A DNA stretch of 64,000 nt from Candidatus Sumerlaeaceae bacterium. Its GTDB lineage: Bacteria; Sumerlaeota; Sumerlaeia; Sumerlaeales; Sumerlaeaceae. The position numbers and the translations under genes are program-made. Below the pieces are notes generated by a model. That model did not search any database and was not told the DNA's origin. It was given only the letters and a program-made list of their open reading frames with translations. How positions within the stretch are numbered: the first letter of the stretch is position 1; each line of letters begins with the position of its first letter. Shown in pieces: positions 19,096 to 28,978 of the stretch. Location of the stretch: assembly GCA_051003195.1 (NCBI GenBank), contig JBPCLP010000043.1:1-64000 (forward strand), given 5' to 3'.

Positions 19096-21216
19096 ATGTT
19101 GCCCATGACCTCGAGAACGATAACCTGGTTTTTGATCCTGACAGTTGGGACGTTGTCTGTTGCGCTGAGGTGTAACGCTCAGCCAGTCGCGGATGCTTCC
19201 ACGTCGAGTGGTGCCGAACAGGTTCGAACGTCATCCGGCGCCTCGGAGGCATTACCCAGCAGCTCGGAATTGAAAGAAGGGGACACGGCGAACGACGAAA
19301 AGACTTCGCGCGCCGTTGAAGAAATGTTGCGGCGGTGTGGCGAGAGTTACCTTTCGGCCACCCACTTTCACGCAGTAGGCAGGTACATCCAGGCCTATAA
19401 GAGCACACGGCTGGGAGAAAACCTGAACGATGCCAGCATCCAGATTTTCTATCGCCGGCCCGAACGCCTGAAAATCGTGTTCGCGGGCAAAGGCATGGAA
19501 GTTAGTTTTGTCGCGGATGGCACGACGGTCAGTCAGCTAAACGGGGAAAAGCGGGAGTACATACAGTTTGCGCAGCCGGACAGCCTGGCGGCTTTTTCTG
19601 AAGAGGAACGGGCGGGCGAGATCGCGGACGATGAGACGAATTCGATTCCAAATTCCATCGTGGCGCCGCTGCTCGTTACCCCGGATCCCCTCGCATGGCT
19701 GCACAGTAATGTTCAGCAGTATATATATGGGGGCGTCGAAGATGTAAAGCTGGTGGATCCGGTGACGAGCCAGACAAGCCGCGTGTCATGCTGGCGCATA
19801 AAGTTCATTCAAAGTAACCCAAAAATTATTGTCGAGAACTGGATAGATCGCGAAACCTATTTTCTGCGGAAACTGGCGATTATCCAGGCGGTGGATGAGG
19901 ATGCGAATTTCGTCGAGTCCTATTCCGGCGCGTCGCGTGCGCGCATGCGGGTGGCGATTTATGACACCATCAGCACGAGTGCGGATGAGGTTCCCATTTC
20001 GAAAATGCGTGCGGATATTCCGAAGGGTTATAAGTTTCGCACTTATGAGCCGGAGCTGCAGGACGCCGGGGGTGGTGATGAGAGCGTGTGGAGCCGACTG
20101 GTGCGAGCGGCTGCGGTTGAGAAGGGCGAACGAACCAGCGTCAGCCTGCAAGCAGAGCTGGGCGGCCACCTGCTTCAGTTGCGCACGGTTCATGAGTTCG
20201 ATTCCAGGATCACGGCGTTGCAAAGTGGGGGAGCGGCTTTGGAATCGGGTCCGTCTATTCTGGTTGGCACTGCGAACAAGCAGCTCTCGCTGATTACTTC
20301 AGGAACGACGATATCAAAGCAGCTCAAGTTTGAGCAGGCGTTCGACCAGGTCTGCCTGCTCAAGCGAAGTGCCGCTGCACCGCTGGTGATCACTACCGAA
20401 GGCGGCGGAGACACGGTGTCGGCTTTCAATCTCGACGGCGGCTTACAATGGCAGTATCGTAAGGATGCCGCGATTGAGTCGATCTCGACATGCCCGTCAA
20501 ATCCGAATAGCTTTTTCTACGTTGCTTACCGCGACGGCAGGGGGGTGCGGGCGTTGGACGCGGACGGTAAGGTGCGCTTTGCAAGCCGGCGGCTCTCCAT
20601 GGTGAGTGGTATGACGGCGGCGCAGCAGACCTCTGCACCTGTGCCGCTGGTTGTTCGATCGTCCTCGGATATTGCATGCATGAGCGAAGATTTGAAGATC
20701 TTGTCGCGTTTTGAATCCGATACCCTCGCCGGTCCTTGTGAGGTGGACGTGCGGGATGCAGCCTACCCGCTGATAGGAATTGGTTTCACATCGGCCGATG
20801 ACGTGTTGCTTCAACGGATCTCAAGGGAAGGCGCGACGAGCTGGACGATGAACCTCGCACCTGAGGCATCGGAGATAAAGGGAGCGGCGGTGGACTTTGT
20901 GAGAATTCGTGTTCCGGATAGGCGAGAGATATCGGCAGACGGCACTACAACTCAAACCGCCGAATCGAGAAAACCTGCAAGGCTTATGCGCTGCATAGTG
21001 GCGCTGTTGTCGGACGGGCGGATTTCGCTAGTCACTGCAGAGGGAGACCTGCTGTTTCGCGGGCGGCTGACCAGTGGCGGAACGCTTGCCCCGAGGAAGG
21101 ACCAGTGGCAGGCTTTTGGGCTCGCAATTGGAGACCTGGATGGCAATGGCGAGGATGAAATTTATACAGCCTCGGATTCACAACTGTTGCAGCTCGGCAG
21201 CGGCGACGTCTTGTAG
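19096..21216 (+). CDS. Exported protein: LolA-fold/DUF2092-like N-domain plus beta-propeller C-domain
   Basis: Signal peptide; 'RPERLKI...FVADGTTVSQL...EYIQ', 'NWIDRETYFLRK'; C-terminal FG-GAP-like GDLDGNGEDEI. Confidence 0.6.
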   Translation: MLPMTSRTITWFLILTVGTLSVALRCNAQPVADASTSSGAEQVRTSSGASEALPSSSELKEGDTANDEKTSRAVEEMLRRCGESYLSATHFHAVGRYIQAYKSTRLGENLNDASIQIFYRRPERLKIVFAGKGMEVSFVADGTTVSQLNGEKREYIQFAQPDSLAAFSEEERAGEIADDETNSIPNSIVAPLLVTPDPLAWLHSNVQQYIYGGVEDVKLVDPVTSQTSRVSCWRIKFIQSNPKIIVENWIDRETYFLRKLAIIQAVDEDANFVESYSGASRARMRVAIYDTISTSADEVPISKMRADIPKGYKFRTYEPELQDAGGGDESVWSRLVRAAAVEKGERTSVSLQAELGGHLLQLRTVHEFDSRITALQSGGAALESGPSILVGTANKQLSLITSGTTISKQLKFEQAFDQVCLLKRSAAAPLVITTEGGGDTVSAFNLDGGLQWQYRKDAAIESISTCPSNPNSFFYVAYRDGRGVRALDADGKVRFASRRLSMVSGMTAAQQTSAPVPLVVRSSSDIACMSEDLKILSRFESDTLAGPCEVDVRDAAYPLIGIGFTSADDVLLQRISREGATSWTMNLAPEASEIKGAAVDFVRIRVPDRREISADGTTTQTAESRKPARLMRCIVALLSDGRISLVTAEGDLLFRGRLTSGGTLAPRKDQWQAFGLAIGDLDGNGEDEIYTASDSQLLQLGSGDVL

Positions 21217-21714
21217 CTAGCTCTTCAGATCCGTTTTGCAGTCGCCTACTTCTGCCCTGAGTAATCGCACCGCATGCGGGAGGATGCGAGCAAGTATCTC
21301 CATCCCGTCGCGCACGGCTCCAGGGCTGCCGGGAAGGTTTACGATCAGACATCGTCCGCGAATACCGGCAACGGACCGCGACAGAATGGCCGTTGGCACT
21401 TGATCGGCTCCTGCGCGATGCAGTGCTTCTTCAATTCCGGGCACACGCTTTTCGATTATGTCGAGAGTTGCCTCGGGGGTAAAGTCGCGTGGCGCAAGGC
21501 CGGTCCCACCCGTTGTGATGATCACATCGACGCGGTCGCTAAGGTCGCGTAAGTGATCAGCGAGCTGTTTGCGTCCGTCTGGCAGCAGATTGTGTGGTAA
21601 CAGTTCTGCACCGGCCTGGGTCAGCAACTGCCGCAGCAGGGTTCCGCTGGAATCCTCACGCTCTCCGCGTGCTGCGAGATCACTGAGGGTTATGGTGGCT
21701 GCGGTAAAAGACAT
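21217..21714 (-). CDS. mog: Molybdopterin adenylyltransferase (MogA/MoaB family)
   Basis: ITLSD...REDSSG, TTGGTGLAPRDFTPEA, SRSVAG, NLPGSP; ATG at 21714. Confidence 0.9.
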   Translation of the reverse strand: MSFTAATITLSDLAARGEREDSSGTLLRQLLTQAGAELLPHNLLPDGRKQLADHLRDLSDRVDVIITTGGTGLAPRDFTPEATLDIIEKRVPGIEEALHRAGADQVPTAILSRSVAGIRGRCLIVNLPGSPGAVRDGMEILARILPHAVRLLRAEVGDCKTDLKS

Positions 21715-21996
21715 GAGTGAACCTTGGTTCCTGAAAAAAATGCCTGGACAGACAAAAGGCTGAAATAAAGAGCCAATTTCTTTAAAAATCGAATTGACAG
21801 GCATGCGGTGTGGTCCAATTCTCACGGGCCGTTTCGGGTACCGTTGCTGAAATCAGTATAATTGATTTCTGCTCAAACTGAACCAAATCGCTGTTCTGGC
21901 ATTTCGCTTTTGGTGCTTTTTGCGCGGAATCGGTGGACGGAATCCGGCGAACCACTACCCGCTTGGGTAGAAATCATATCAAGGAGACATCAACCC

Positions 21997-23448
21997 ATGG
22001 CTGTGGCTGACGTGAATGCCGTAAAGCCGAAATCCCCCAAGGACGTGCTGAAGTTAATCAAGGATTCGAGCGTTCAATTCGTTGATCTGAAGTTCATGGA
22101 TCTGCCTGGAACGTGGCAGCATTTCACGATTCCGGTGCATAACCTCGAAGAATCCACTTTCGAGGAAGGGCTCGGATTTGACGGGTCCTCGATCCGTGGC
22201 TGGCGCGCAATTAACGAAAGCGACATGCTGGTTCTGCCTGATCCGGAGACCGCGTTTATTGATCCATTTAACCGCCACACGACACTCTCGATGGCGTGCA
22301 CGATCCTGGATCCGATAACCAAGGAAAAGTACAACCGCGACCCGCGCGGCGTGGCCATTAACGTTGAAAATTACCTGAAGTCGCTCGGCCTTGCTGACAC
22401 GGCGTTCATCGGCCCGGAGCTGGAGTTCTTCGTGTTCGACGGCGTGCGCTTCGACAGCAAGCAGCATGAGAGCTACTATCACATTGAGTCCGACGAGGGC
22501 GCGTGGAATAGCGGACGAGAGCACAATGGAACGCCGAACCTCGGCTATCGTCCGCGCTATAAGGAAGGCTACTTCCCGACTGCGCCTACGGACAGTCTGC
22601 AGGACCTGCGCAGCGAGATGGTGGTCGCTCTGATGGAAGCCGGCATCGATATTGAAACCCAGCACCATGAGGTTGCGACGGCCGGCCAGTGCGAAATCGA
22701 CATGCGCTTCAGCACGTTGCTGCACATGGCGGACCAGGCTGCGACATACAAGTACGTGATTAAGAACGTCGCGCGCCGTCACAACAAGACGGTTACGTTC
22801 ATGCCCAAGCCGATGTATGGCGATAATGGCAGCGGCATGCATGTGCACGTTTCGCTTTGGAACAAGGGTAAGAACCTGTTCGCCGGCAACCAGTATGCCG
22901 GGCTTAGCGAGACAGCCCTGCACTTTATCGGTGGTCTGTTGAAGCATGCGCCGGCGGTGCTGGCCTTCACAAGCCCGACCACGAACAGCTATCGCCGCCT
23001 TGTGCCCGGCTACGAGGCTCCGGTGAACCTTGCGTATTCGATGCGCAATCGTTCTGCGGCGGTCCGTATCCCGATGTACAGCCAGAGCGAAAAGGCAAAA
23101 CGCATTGAGTTCCGCCCACCGGATCCTTCGTCGAACCCGTACCTTGCCTATTCGGCCATTGTGATGGCCGGCCTGGATGGTATCCAGAACAAGATCCACC
23201 CGGGTAATCCGCTCGATAAGAACATCTACGATCTTCCACCCGAAGAGGCGAAGAATGTTCCGCAGGTGCCAGGTTCGCTGGAAGCTGCTCTTTCGGCGCT
23301 GGAAGCAGACCATGCGTTCCTGACGAAGGGCGACGTGTTCTCCAACGACCTGATCGAGGCCTATATCGAATACAAGCGTGAGGCTGAAGTGAACCCGATG
23401 CGCCTGCGTCCGCATCCGCACGAGTTCGTGATGTATTACGACGTCTAA
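21997..23448 (+). CDS. glnA: Glutamine synthetase type I
   Basis: [24 protein letters not shown]...[25 protein letters not shown], adenylylation-type NIYDLP; AAGGAG RBS at 21981. Confidence 0.98.
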   Translation: MAVADVNAVKPKSPKDVLKLIKDSSVQFVDLKFMDLPGTWQHFTIPVHNLEESTFEEGLGFDGSSIRGWRAINESDMLVLPDPETAFIDPFNRHTTLSMACTILDPITKEKYNRDPRGVAINVENYLKSLGLADTAFIGPELEFFVFDGVRFDSKQHESYYHIESDEGAWNSGREHNGTPNLGYRPRYKEGYFPTAPTDSLQDLRSEMVVALMEAGIDIETQHHEVATAGQCEIDMRFSTLLHMADQAATYKYVIKNVARRHNKTVTFMPKPMYGDNGSGMHVHVSLWNKGKNLFAGNQYAGLSETALHFIGGLLKHAPAVLAFTSPTTNSYRRLVPGYEAPVNLAYSMRNRSAAVRIPMYSQSEKAKRIEFRPPDPSSNPYLAYSAIVMAGLDGIQNKIHPGNPLDKNIYDLPPEEAKNVPQVPGSLEAALSALEADHAFLTKGDVFSNDLIEAYIEYKREAEVNPMRLRPHPHEFVMYYDV

Positions 23449-23474
23449 ACTCCAACTCTCAGCAGTTTGAAACG

Positions 23475-23511
23475 ACAGGCCACCTCTGGAACGGGGGTGG
23501 CCTGTTTATTT
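23475..23511 (+). terminator. Rho-independent terminator after glnA
   Basis: ACAGGCCACC...GGTGGCCTGT stem followed by TTATTT. Confidence 0.8.
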
Positions 23512-23670
23512 CAGGAACGTTGTGGGCGCAGTTGGATTGATTTGATCCTTACGGTTGTTCTGAGTATTCAAGTGCTTGACCACGCGGTGCCGAGGCCTAG
23601 CTCTCGCAAGCGAAATGGAACTGCCCATCGAGCCTGAAGTCACCGTTGCACGGCACAGACCTGCCATGGC

Positions 23671-25758
23671 GTGCATTCTAGTTTGAAAGACCGGGTAACA
23701 TCCGCGGTGGTGGAATCGCCGTCCCTGGCTCAACGGCGGCTCAACCGCTGGCTATTAGCCGCCATTTTCGTAATCGCTCTTTCGTTCCGATTACACGATA
23801 TTACCCGGGCGCCGTGGATCGACGAAATACTGACGTACGATGCAGCGAAGGAAAGCATCAAACAGGCCCTCACTACAAAGTGGTATCCGCTGAGCTATGT
23901 TCTTGTTAATTTTTGCCTGCGGCTGAGCGACTCGGATTTCATGCTGCGCCTGCCCAGTTTAGTGGTGGGGTTGCTTGGCATCTGGTTAATCTATCGGGCC
24001 GGCTGTGCCATATACAATTGCACCGCCGGATTGATTGCTGCGTTGCTGCTGGCCGTCGTATCCACCCACGTGGTCTACAGCCAGGAAGCGCGCTTTTACA
24101 GCATGCTGGCCGCCGCTTCGATCTTCACGTCATGGATGCTTTGGAAAGCGTTGCTAACCGCGCGCGCTGCATATTGGCTGGGCTTTGCCGCCTCCATTGT
24201 AATCGGTTCGCTCATCCAGCCGCTTTACCTGCTCTTCCTCGCAGGCGGCAGCCTGGCCGCGGTGGGGTGGCTGTCTCTGCGCGCAAGACGGAATCCCGGA
24301 TCAGCGAAGGAACTTCTGAAGCTCGGAATCAGCCTTGTGGTAGGTCTCCTGCCGGTAGGGCTTTTTTATCTTCAGTATCGTGCAAAACCGGGCGTAGGGA
24401 CGCTACTGGCGTTGCAACCTGCCGGGAACGAGATACTTTACCGCATCCGGCCGCACGGATACATCTGGTACCTCTATGAACTGGTGAATTCCTTTCCACC
24501 AACTGTCGTTGAGTTCTTTATCATCTGTGCCGGAATCGGGCTAGTTGTTTTATGGCGGCAAAGCAGGCCTGTTGCCGTCGTATGTCTTGGTTTTATTTTT
24601 CTGTGCCCACTGCCGATGTTCTTCGTAACCATCCGGCACTGGTACGCCTCGAAGTACTTTATCGCGCAGCTGCCGTTGTTTTTTCTCCTGGCGGCAACGG
24701 GCATGGCGGCCATCTCAGGGTATCTCGGCCGTTACTGGAACAGGTATGCGGCACCCGCGGCATTTACGTGCTTATGCACGTTCGTCGCTATCTCACCGCA
24801 ACTGGTGGAGTACAGAACATACGCAGGCAGAATGCGCTTTAAGATCCGGGAGTGGCACAATGTTGCGCAGCCGATGATTGGACGGATGAGCGGCCAGGAT
24901 TTGATCGTCCACCTTGCGCGTTATAGATGGACAGTGGGTTTTGGAAGAAAGGGGACGCCGATCGAATGGTACGAACTGCAGCGCTACCTGGAGAGAAGCA
25001 CGCCAGCGGGGCGATTGCCGCTTCATCCGACCAGGTATTTCGGTACCACGAACACATTGCAGCTACTGCAAGTTCTTAAAACCAATTCCGACCGTACGAT
25101 CTGGGTCGTAGTCGATCGTGCCGCGGGATTTCAACTGGAGCCCGCGCTTGCAAACCTTCTCACGACGGAAACGTCAACTTTCCGCCATCGTCTGTTCAGC
25201 GCGGGCGAGCCGACACGGAACCTGGTGATCCAGCCGGTGATTGCAAAACAGGATGATCCCAGTCCATACCGTTTCAGTTGCGAAGGCGGGACAAGCATCT
25301 CGCTCGCCGTACGACGTTCCCAAAAGCCAGTCGCAACGAAGGATGAGTTCAGCACAGCACCGGTGCTCGACCGGACCGAGGCTTATACATTGTCTGCAAA
25401 TGTTAAATATCGGGGTATCCGGCCTGACGCAGACAAGAATGAAGCCGGCGAGCCGGTTATGAACGAAGCGACTGCCGGGTTCATTGGGATCAGTGGCAGC
25501 CGAGCTGATGGGACTACGTTCTCAAAAAAGCTGAGGCTCTTTGACGGTTCGTCAGATTGGAAGCAGATCGCGCTGCCTTTGCGCCCGATCGACGATGCCG
25601 ACTTAGCGGACGCGCGTCAGCTTACGGTCGACTTTGGAGTTGGAGACGTGCAGGGGCAAATGCGGGTGGATGAAGTTCAGCTCGAAGCAAAAGACCATGT
25701 GACGCCTTTTACGCCGAACGAGCGGTTGCCGCGCGATCAAGCGCTGGCGTCGCGCTAG
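23671..25758 (+). CDS. GT-C fold (PMT_2/ArnT-like) membrane glycosyltransferase with C-terminal CBM-like domain, paralog 1
   Basis: W-I-DE after the first TM, LRLPS, SQEARFYS, many TMs, soluble C-domain ending QLEA...TPFT. Confidence 0.82.
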   Translation: MHSSLKDRVTSAVVESPSLAQRRLNRWLLAAIFVIALSFRLHDITRAPWIDEILTYDAAKESIKQALTTKWYPLSYVLVNFCLRLSDSDFMLRLPSLVVGLLGIWLIYRAGCAIYNCTAGLIAALLLAVVSTHVVYSQEARFYSMLAAASIFTSWMLWKALLTARAAYWLGFAASIVIGSLIQPLYLLFLAGGSLAAVGWLSLRARRNPGSAKELLKLGISLVVGLLPVGLFYLQYRAKPGVGTLLALQPAGNEILYRIRPHGYIWYLYELVNSFPPTVVEFFIICAGIGLVVLWRQSRPVAVVCLGFIFLCPLPMFFVTIRHWYASKYFIAQLPLFFLLAATGMAAISGYLGRYWNRYAAPAAFTCLCTFVAISPQLVEYRTYAGRMRFKIREWHNVAQPMIGRMSGQDLIVHLARYRWTVGFGRKGTPIEWYELQRYLERSTPAGRLPLHPTRYFGTTNTLQLLQVLKTNSDRTIWVVVDRAAGFQLEPALANLLTTETSTFRHRLFSAGEPTRNLVIQPVIAKQDDPSPYRFSCEGGTSISLAVRRSQKPVATKDEFSTAPVLDRTEAYTLSANVKYRGIRPDADKNEAGEPVMNEATAGFIGISGSRADGTTFSKKLRLFDGSSDWKQIALPLRPIDDADLADARQLTVDFGVGDVQGQMRVDEVQLEAKDHVTPFTPNERLPRDQALASR

Positions 25759-25852
25759 TGTGCCGCAATCCGTAGTTCCTTACCAGACCGAAGGGCAGAC
25801 TCGACCTTGATTCGGCACACAGAACAGATTACGAGTAACGGTAGACCACCCC
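25755..25852 (+). repeat. Full copy of the dispersed ~100-bp hairpin repeat
   Basis: CTAGTGTGCCGCAATC...GATTCGGCACACAGAACAGATTACGAGTAACGGTAGACCACCCC; begins on the TAG stop of the upstream gene. Confidence 0.9.
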
Positions 25853-26847
25853 AGAATTTTAACCCCTTGCGCCGGCGTGCTGTGGTTGTAGCATCGCAGT
25901 GGTTGTTGGCGGTTGCTGTTTTCGCGTACCTTATCAGTCAGACCAATCTGCAAAAAATGGTGCAGTACGCGAGAAGCGCGGATCTGATCTGGGTGGCTGG
26001 CGCCTTTGCAATCGTGTTATCCATCTACTTTGGTCGAGCCGTTTCGTTCTGCGTGTTATGTGCGGCGCGTGCGTCGTTGCCCGTCGTTAGATTGTTCAAA
26101 ATTAATTTGGTCAGCGCCTTCTTCTCAACGTTCCTCCCAACGCAGGTTGGGGGAGATGTGGTCAAGGGCGTCTATCTCGTGCCGTACTTCCAGGGCGTAG
26201 ATCAAACGTACGCGTCCTTAGTAGTGCATCGAGTTATAGGAGGCATCGGGACATTGCTTGTCAGCGGGGTTGCCCTCGCGTTCTGGCGATTGCCGCATCC
26301 TCAAGCACTCCAGTTGATTGCGGTCGCGTGCATTGCGCTGGGAATAATCACTTATATGTCAGTATCGGCAGTGACGCCGATTGAACGACAGCTGGTCAGA
26401 TTGTCGTCTGCTTCGAACCGTGTAGTTCGGTGGTCAGCAAAGCTCTTATATTCGGTTTCGCAATTTCGCCACGAACGAGCTCGCCTGCTGGTGGCTCTTG
26501 GGATGTCCATGATCGACACATTGCAGGGGGTGTTGGTCTACGCGATGCTGGCTATAGCGGTCCAATGCCCAATGACTGTTTTGGATCTGGTTCTTGCTGG
26601 ATCAATCAGTCAGCTCAGCGTGCTTCTTGCGCTGACACCGGCCGGGATCGGGGTGACAGAAGGTGCGTTTGTTGCCATGTGCATGGTTCTTGGTGTCTCA
26701 AAGGAGCCTGCCATTGTCATCTCACTTCTCATGCGGCTGCAGCTTACGGCGGCTGCGCTTATCGGCGGCTGCGTTTATATGTCGATGCCGTTGGGACCGC
26801 GTTCGAAACGGGAATCACTTGATTCCGTGCAGGCAGAACATTACTGA
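25807..26847 (+). CDS. Lysylphosphatidylglycerol-synthase-TM / flippase-like membrane protein
   Basis: FLPTQVGGDVVK and LTPAGIGVTE motifs, multiple TMs; start uncertain because the track start lies inside the repeat. Confidence 0.82.
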   Translation: MIRHTEQITSNGRPPQNFNPLRRRAVVVASQWLLAVAVFAYLISQTNLQKMVQYARSADLIWVAGAFAIVLSIYFGRAVSFCVLCAARASLPVVRLFKINLVSAFFSTFLPTQVGGDVVKGVYLVPYFQGVDQTYASLVVHRVIGGIGTLLVSGVALAFWRLPHPQALQLIAVACIALGIITYMSVSAVTPIERQLVRLSSASNRVVRWSAKLLYSVSQFRHERARLLVALGMSMIDTLQGVLVYAMLAIAVQCPMTVLDLVLAGSISQLSVLLALTPAGIGVTEGAFVAMCMVLGVSKEPAIVISLLMRLQLTAAALIGGCVYMSMPLGPRSKRESLDSVQAEHY

Positions 26848-27714
26848 CAGCGGGTTGAGTGCTCTATGGCGCTCGCAAAAACGATCAATAGCATCGTACA
26901 AGGGCACCAGTACAGCGGGCTTGTTGGGCGTATAGACACAGTAGGAAGTCTCCACGCTGGTTGCGCCTGCTTCCATCAGCCATTTGCGAACGCGTGATAT
27001 CTTCATTTGCAGAACACTTACTTCCGTGTCGCGATGGAGAAGAAAGTTCGCAAAGTGCGTCGGGTAAAATCGTTTCGGCTCCAATATGCAGAAGCGTCCC
27101 CCAGGCTCCAGCATCCTCAGCATCTCGGCAACACCGCGTTGCGGATCTATGAGATGATGGAGTGATGCGACACAAAATACGCGTTCAAAAAGCGCAGTAC
27201 GGAGCGGGATGTTCGTGGCATCAGCCGCGATGAAGAGGCACTGTTCCAGTAAATCGTATCGTGCTCTGGCGGCGTGCAGCAGCCCGCTCGAAAGGTCCAG
27301 GCCTGCGTAGTAATGCCCGAGCTGCCGAACCGTATGCGCGTGAGTTCCGGTACCGGTACCGATCTCAAGCACTCGCAACGGAGTTTCGGAATCTGTGAGT
27401 TTCAGCGCGACCGAGAGCATCGAGGTTTTTCGACGGTGATTGCGAGACGCCGAGCGCACCACCAGGGGATTTTCTGCCTCTGTGGAGATACTATTGTAGT
27501 ATTCCTGATTCTGCCGAGTCCCCGCGGCAAGAGATTGCGGAACTGCATCCAGGACTGAGTGGTCGAGTTTTAGAATAATTGCACATGCGGCGCATCGAAA
27601 CAAAACGTTCGCATCACTGCCATGTTCTGTTATGAAACCGTGCCCGCCGCAGCCATAGCATTGAAGGCTCTGGGGCAAAGGGAGCCACTGTTGCCGGCTA
27701 GTGTGGTCTGCCAT
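26815..27714 (-). CDS. Class I SAM-dependent methyltransferase with N-terminal CxxC...CxxC
   Basis: VLEIGTGTG, GLDLS, ADATNIP, LHHL, LEPGG. Confidence 0.85.
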   Translation of the reverse strand: MADHTSRQQWLPLPQSLQCYGCGGHGFITEHGSDANVLFRCAACAIILKLDHSVLDAVPQSLAAGTRQNQEYYNSISTEAENPLVVRSASRNHRRKTSMLSVALKLTDSETPLRVLEIGTGTGTHAHTVRQLGHYYAGLDLSSGLLHAARARYDLLEQCLFIAADATNIPLRTALFERVFCVASLHHLIDPQRGVAEMLRMLEPGGRFCILEPKRFYPTHFANFLLHRDTEVSVLQMKISRVRKWLMEAGATSVETSYCVYTPNKPAVLVPLYDAIDRFCERHRALNPLSVMFCLHGIK

Positions 27715-27797
27715 TAGTTCGTAATCAGTTCTGTGTGCCGAATCGAGGTCAACTCTGCCCTTTGGTCTGGTAAGGAACTAGTGATTCGGCACATTAG
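27703..27797 (-). repeat. Full copy of the dispersed hairpin repeat
   Basis: Reverse complement CTAATGTGCCGAATCACTAGTTCC...GATTCGGCACACAGAACTGATTACGAACTAATGGCAGACCAC; fills the whole GT4-methyltransferase gap. Confidence 0.9.
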
Positions 27798-28978
27798 TGG
27801 CGAATGACGGATTCAAAAAGGCGCACATAATCCGCGGCTGTGTTGCTCATCATCAGAAGCTGTATATCTCTGATATTCGCCTGCTTCATTTTTGACCGCA
27901 TGTTTTCATCAGTACCCATCAGGCGTATCGCGGCTGCCAGGGACGCAACATCGAGCGGCGATACCAGCAGGGCATTTTGATCGTGCACAAGAAAATCTGT
28001 CTGGCCCCCGACGTTTGTCGTAACAACAGGCAGACCGCAGTACATTGCCTCTTCGTATACGATCCCGAAACCTTCGTGACTGGAGGCCAGTACGAAGAAG
28101 TCACTGGCATGCAGGTACTGGAATTTCTTTGGCCCCCATATGGCGCCGAGAAACTGGACGCGGTCCGCAATTCCGAGTTCGCGAGCCTGGTCGCGCAGTG
28201 AGTTTTCTTCAGGACCGTCGCCGATAATCAGCAGGTTCAACGCGGGAACGTTTGCCTGCGCAAAAGCGTGAAGCAGATCGCAGAAACGCTTTCGCGATAT
28301 CAACCGAGCAACGGCGATTGCGTAAATTCGGTCGTCACTCAATCCAAGTTCCGCTCTTGTGGCTGGACTGAATTTGGGCTTCTCCAGGCCGAGCGGGATT
28401 TTGTGCACTGGAGTGCGCGGATTGTAATATTGTGCTATACGCTGGACGAGATCATCAGATTCCGGAACGACGACTGACGCCTGGTTAAGCACGCGCTTCA
28501 CGGTAGGACGCAGTATGGGATGCTTATGTGGTGAGTAATGCTTGCTCGGATCGTAAATGTCTCCGCCATACACCGTAAGCACGTTTGGCAGTCGCAGCAT
28601 TTTGGAAAGCAGGTAACCACCCGGGCCAGTAGGCACAGCAAAGTGCGTGTGGACGACGTCGTATTTCGTTATGCGGCCAAGAGCGAGACCTCGCTTCACC
28701 GCAAACGGAGGATAGAACAGCATGGAAGTTATTGACGCTGTATGTAGATGAGATCGTCCGGGCAAGGATTCGCGGAACACGCGAACCCCTTCAATCGACT
28801 CCTGTGCCGGAAATCCTTTATATTGGGTCGTAATATAGTCCACTTCGTGACCACGCTGTACGAGCTCGCGCGCAAGGTTTGCGGCATGAACGCCGCCGCC
28901 CCCGCCCATTGGCGGGTATTCGTAGTTAAGCGTGAGAATTTTCATTCGTCTGTTAGGCCGGTGGTCGAGGGTTGTCAT
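27794..28978 (-). CDS. Glycosyltransferase family 4
   Basis: YEYPPMGGGGG, HTHF, RLISRK, EGFGIVYEEAMYCGLPVV. Confidence 0.92.
   Translation of the reverse strand: MTTLDHRPNRRMKILTLNYEYPPMGGGGGVHAANLARELVQRGHEVDYITTQYKGFPAQESIEGVRVFRESLPGRSHLHTASITSMLFYPPFAVKRGLALGRITKYDVVHTHFAVPTGPGGYLLSKMLRLPNVLTVYGGDIYDPSKHYSPHKHPILRPTVKRVLNQASVVVPESDDLVQRIAQYYNPRTPVHKIPLGLEKPKFSPATRAELGLSDDRIYAIAVARLISRKRFCDLLHAFAQANVPALNLLIIGDGPEENSLRDQARELGIADRVQFLGAIWGPKKFQYLHASDFFVLASSHEGFGIVYEEAMYCGLPVVTTNVGGQTDFLVHDQNALLVSPLDVASLAAAIRLMGTDENMRSKMKQANIRDIQLLMMSNTAADYVRLFESVIRH

Noticed and set aside
21790..21960. Sigma-54 promoter or glutamine riboswitch upstream of glnA
   Set aside because: TGGCAT at about 21897 lacks GC at the -12 spacing; TTGACA and TATAAT hexamers are not correctly spaced to each other; no convincing riboswitch fold.
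22054..23421. 455-aa antisense ORF over glnA (similarly 1293-2471 and 15702-17318)
   Set aside because: Shadow ORFs opposite well-supported genes with strong codon bias; no recognisable motifs.
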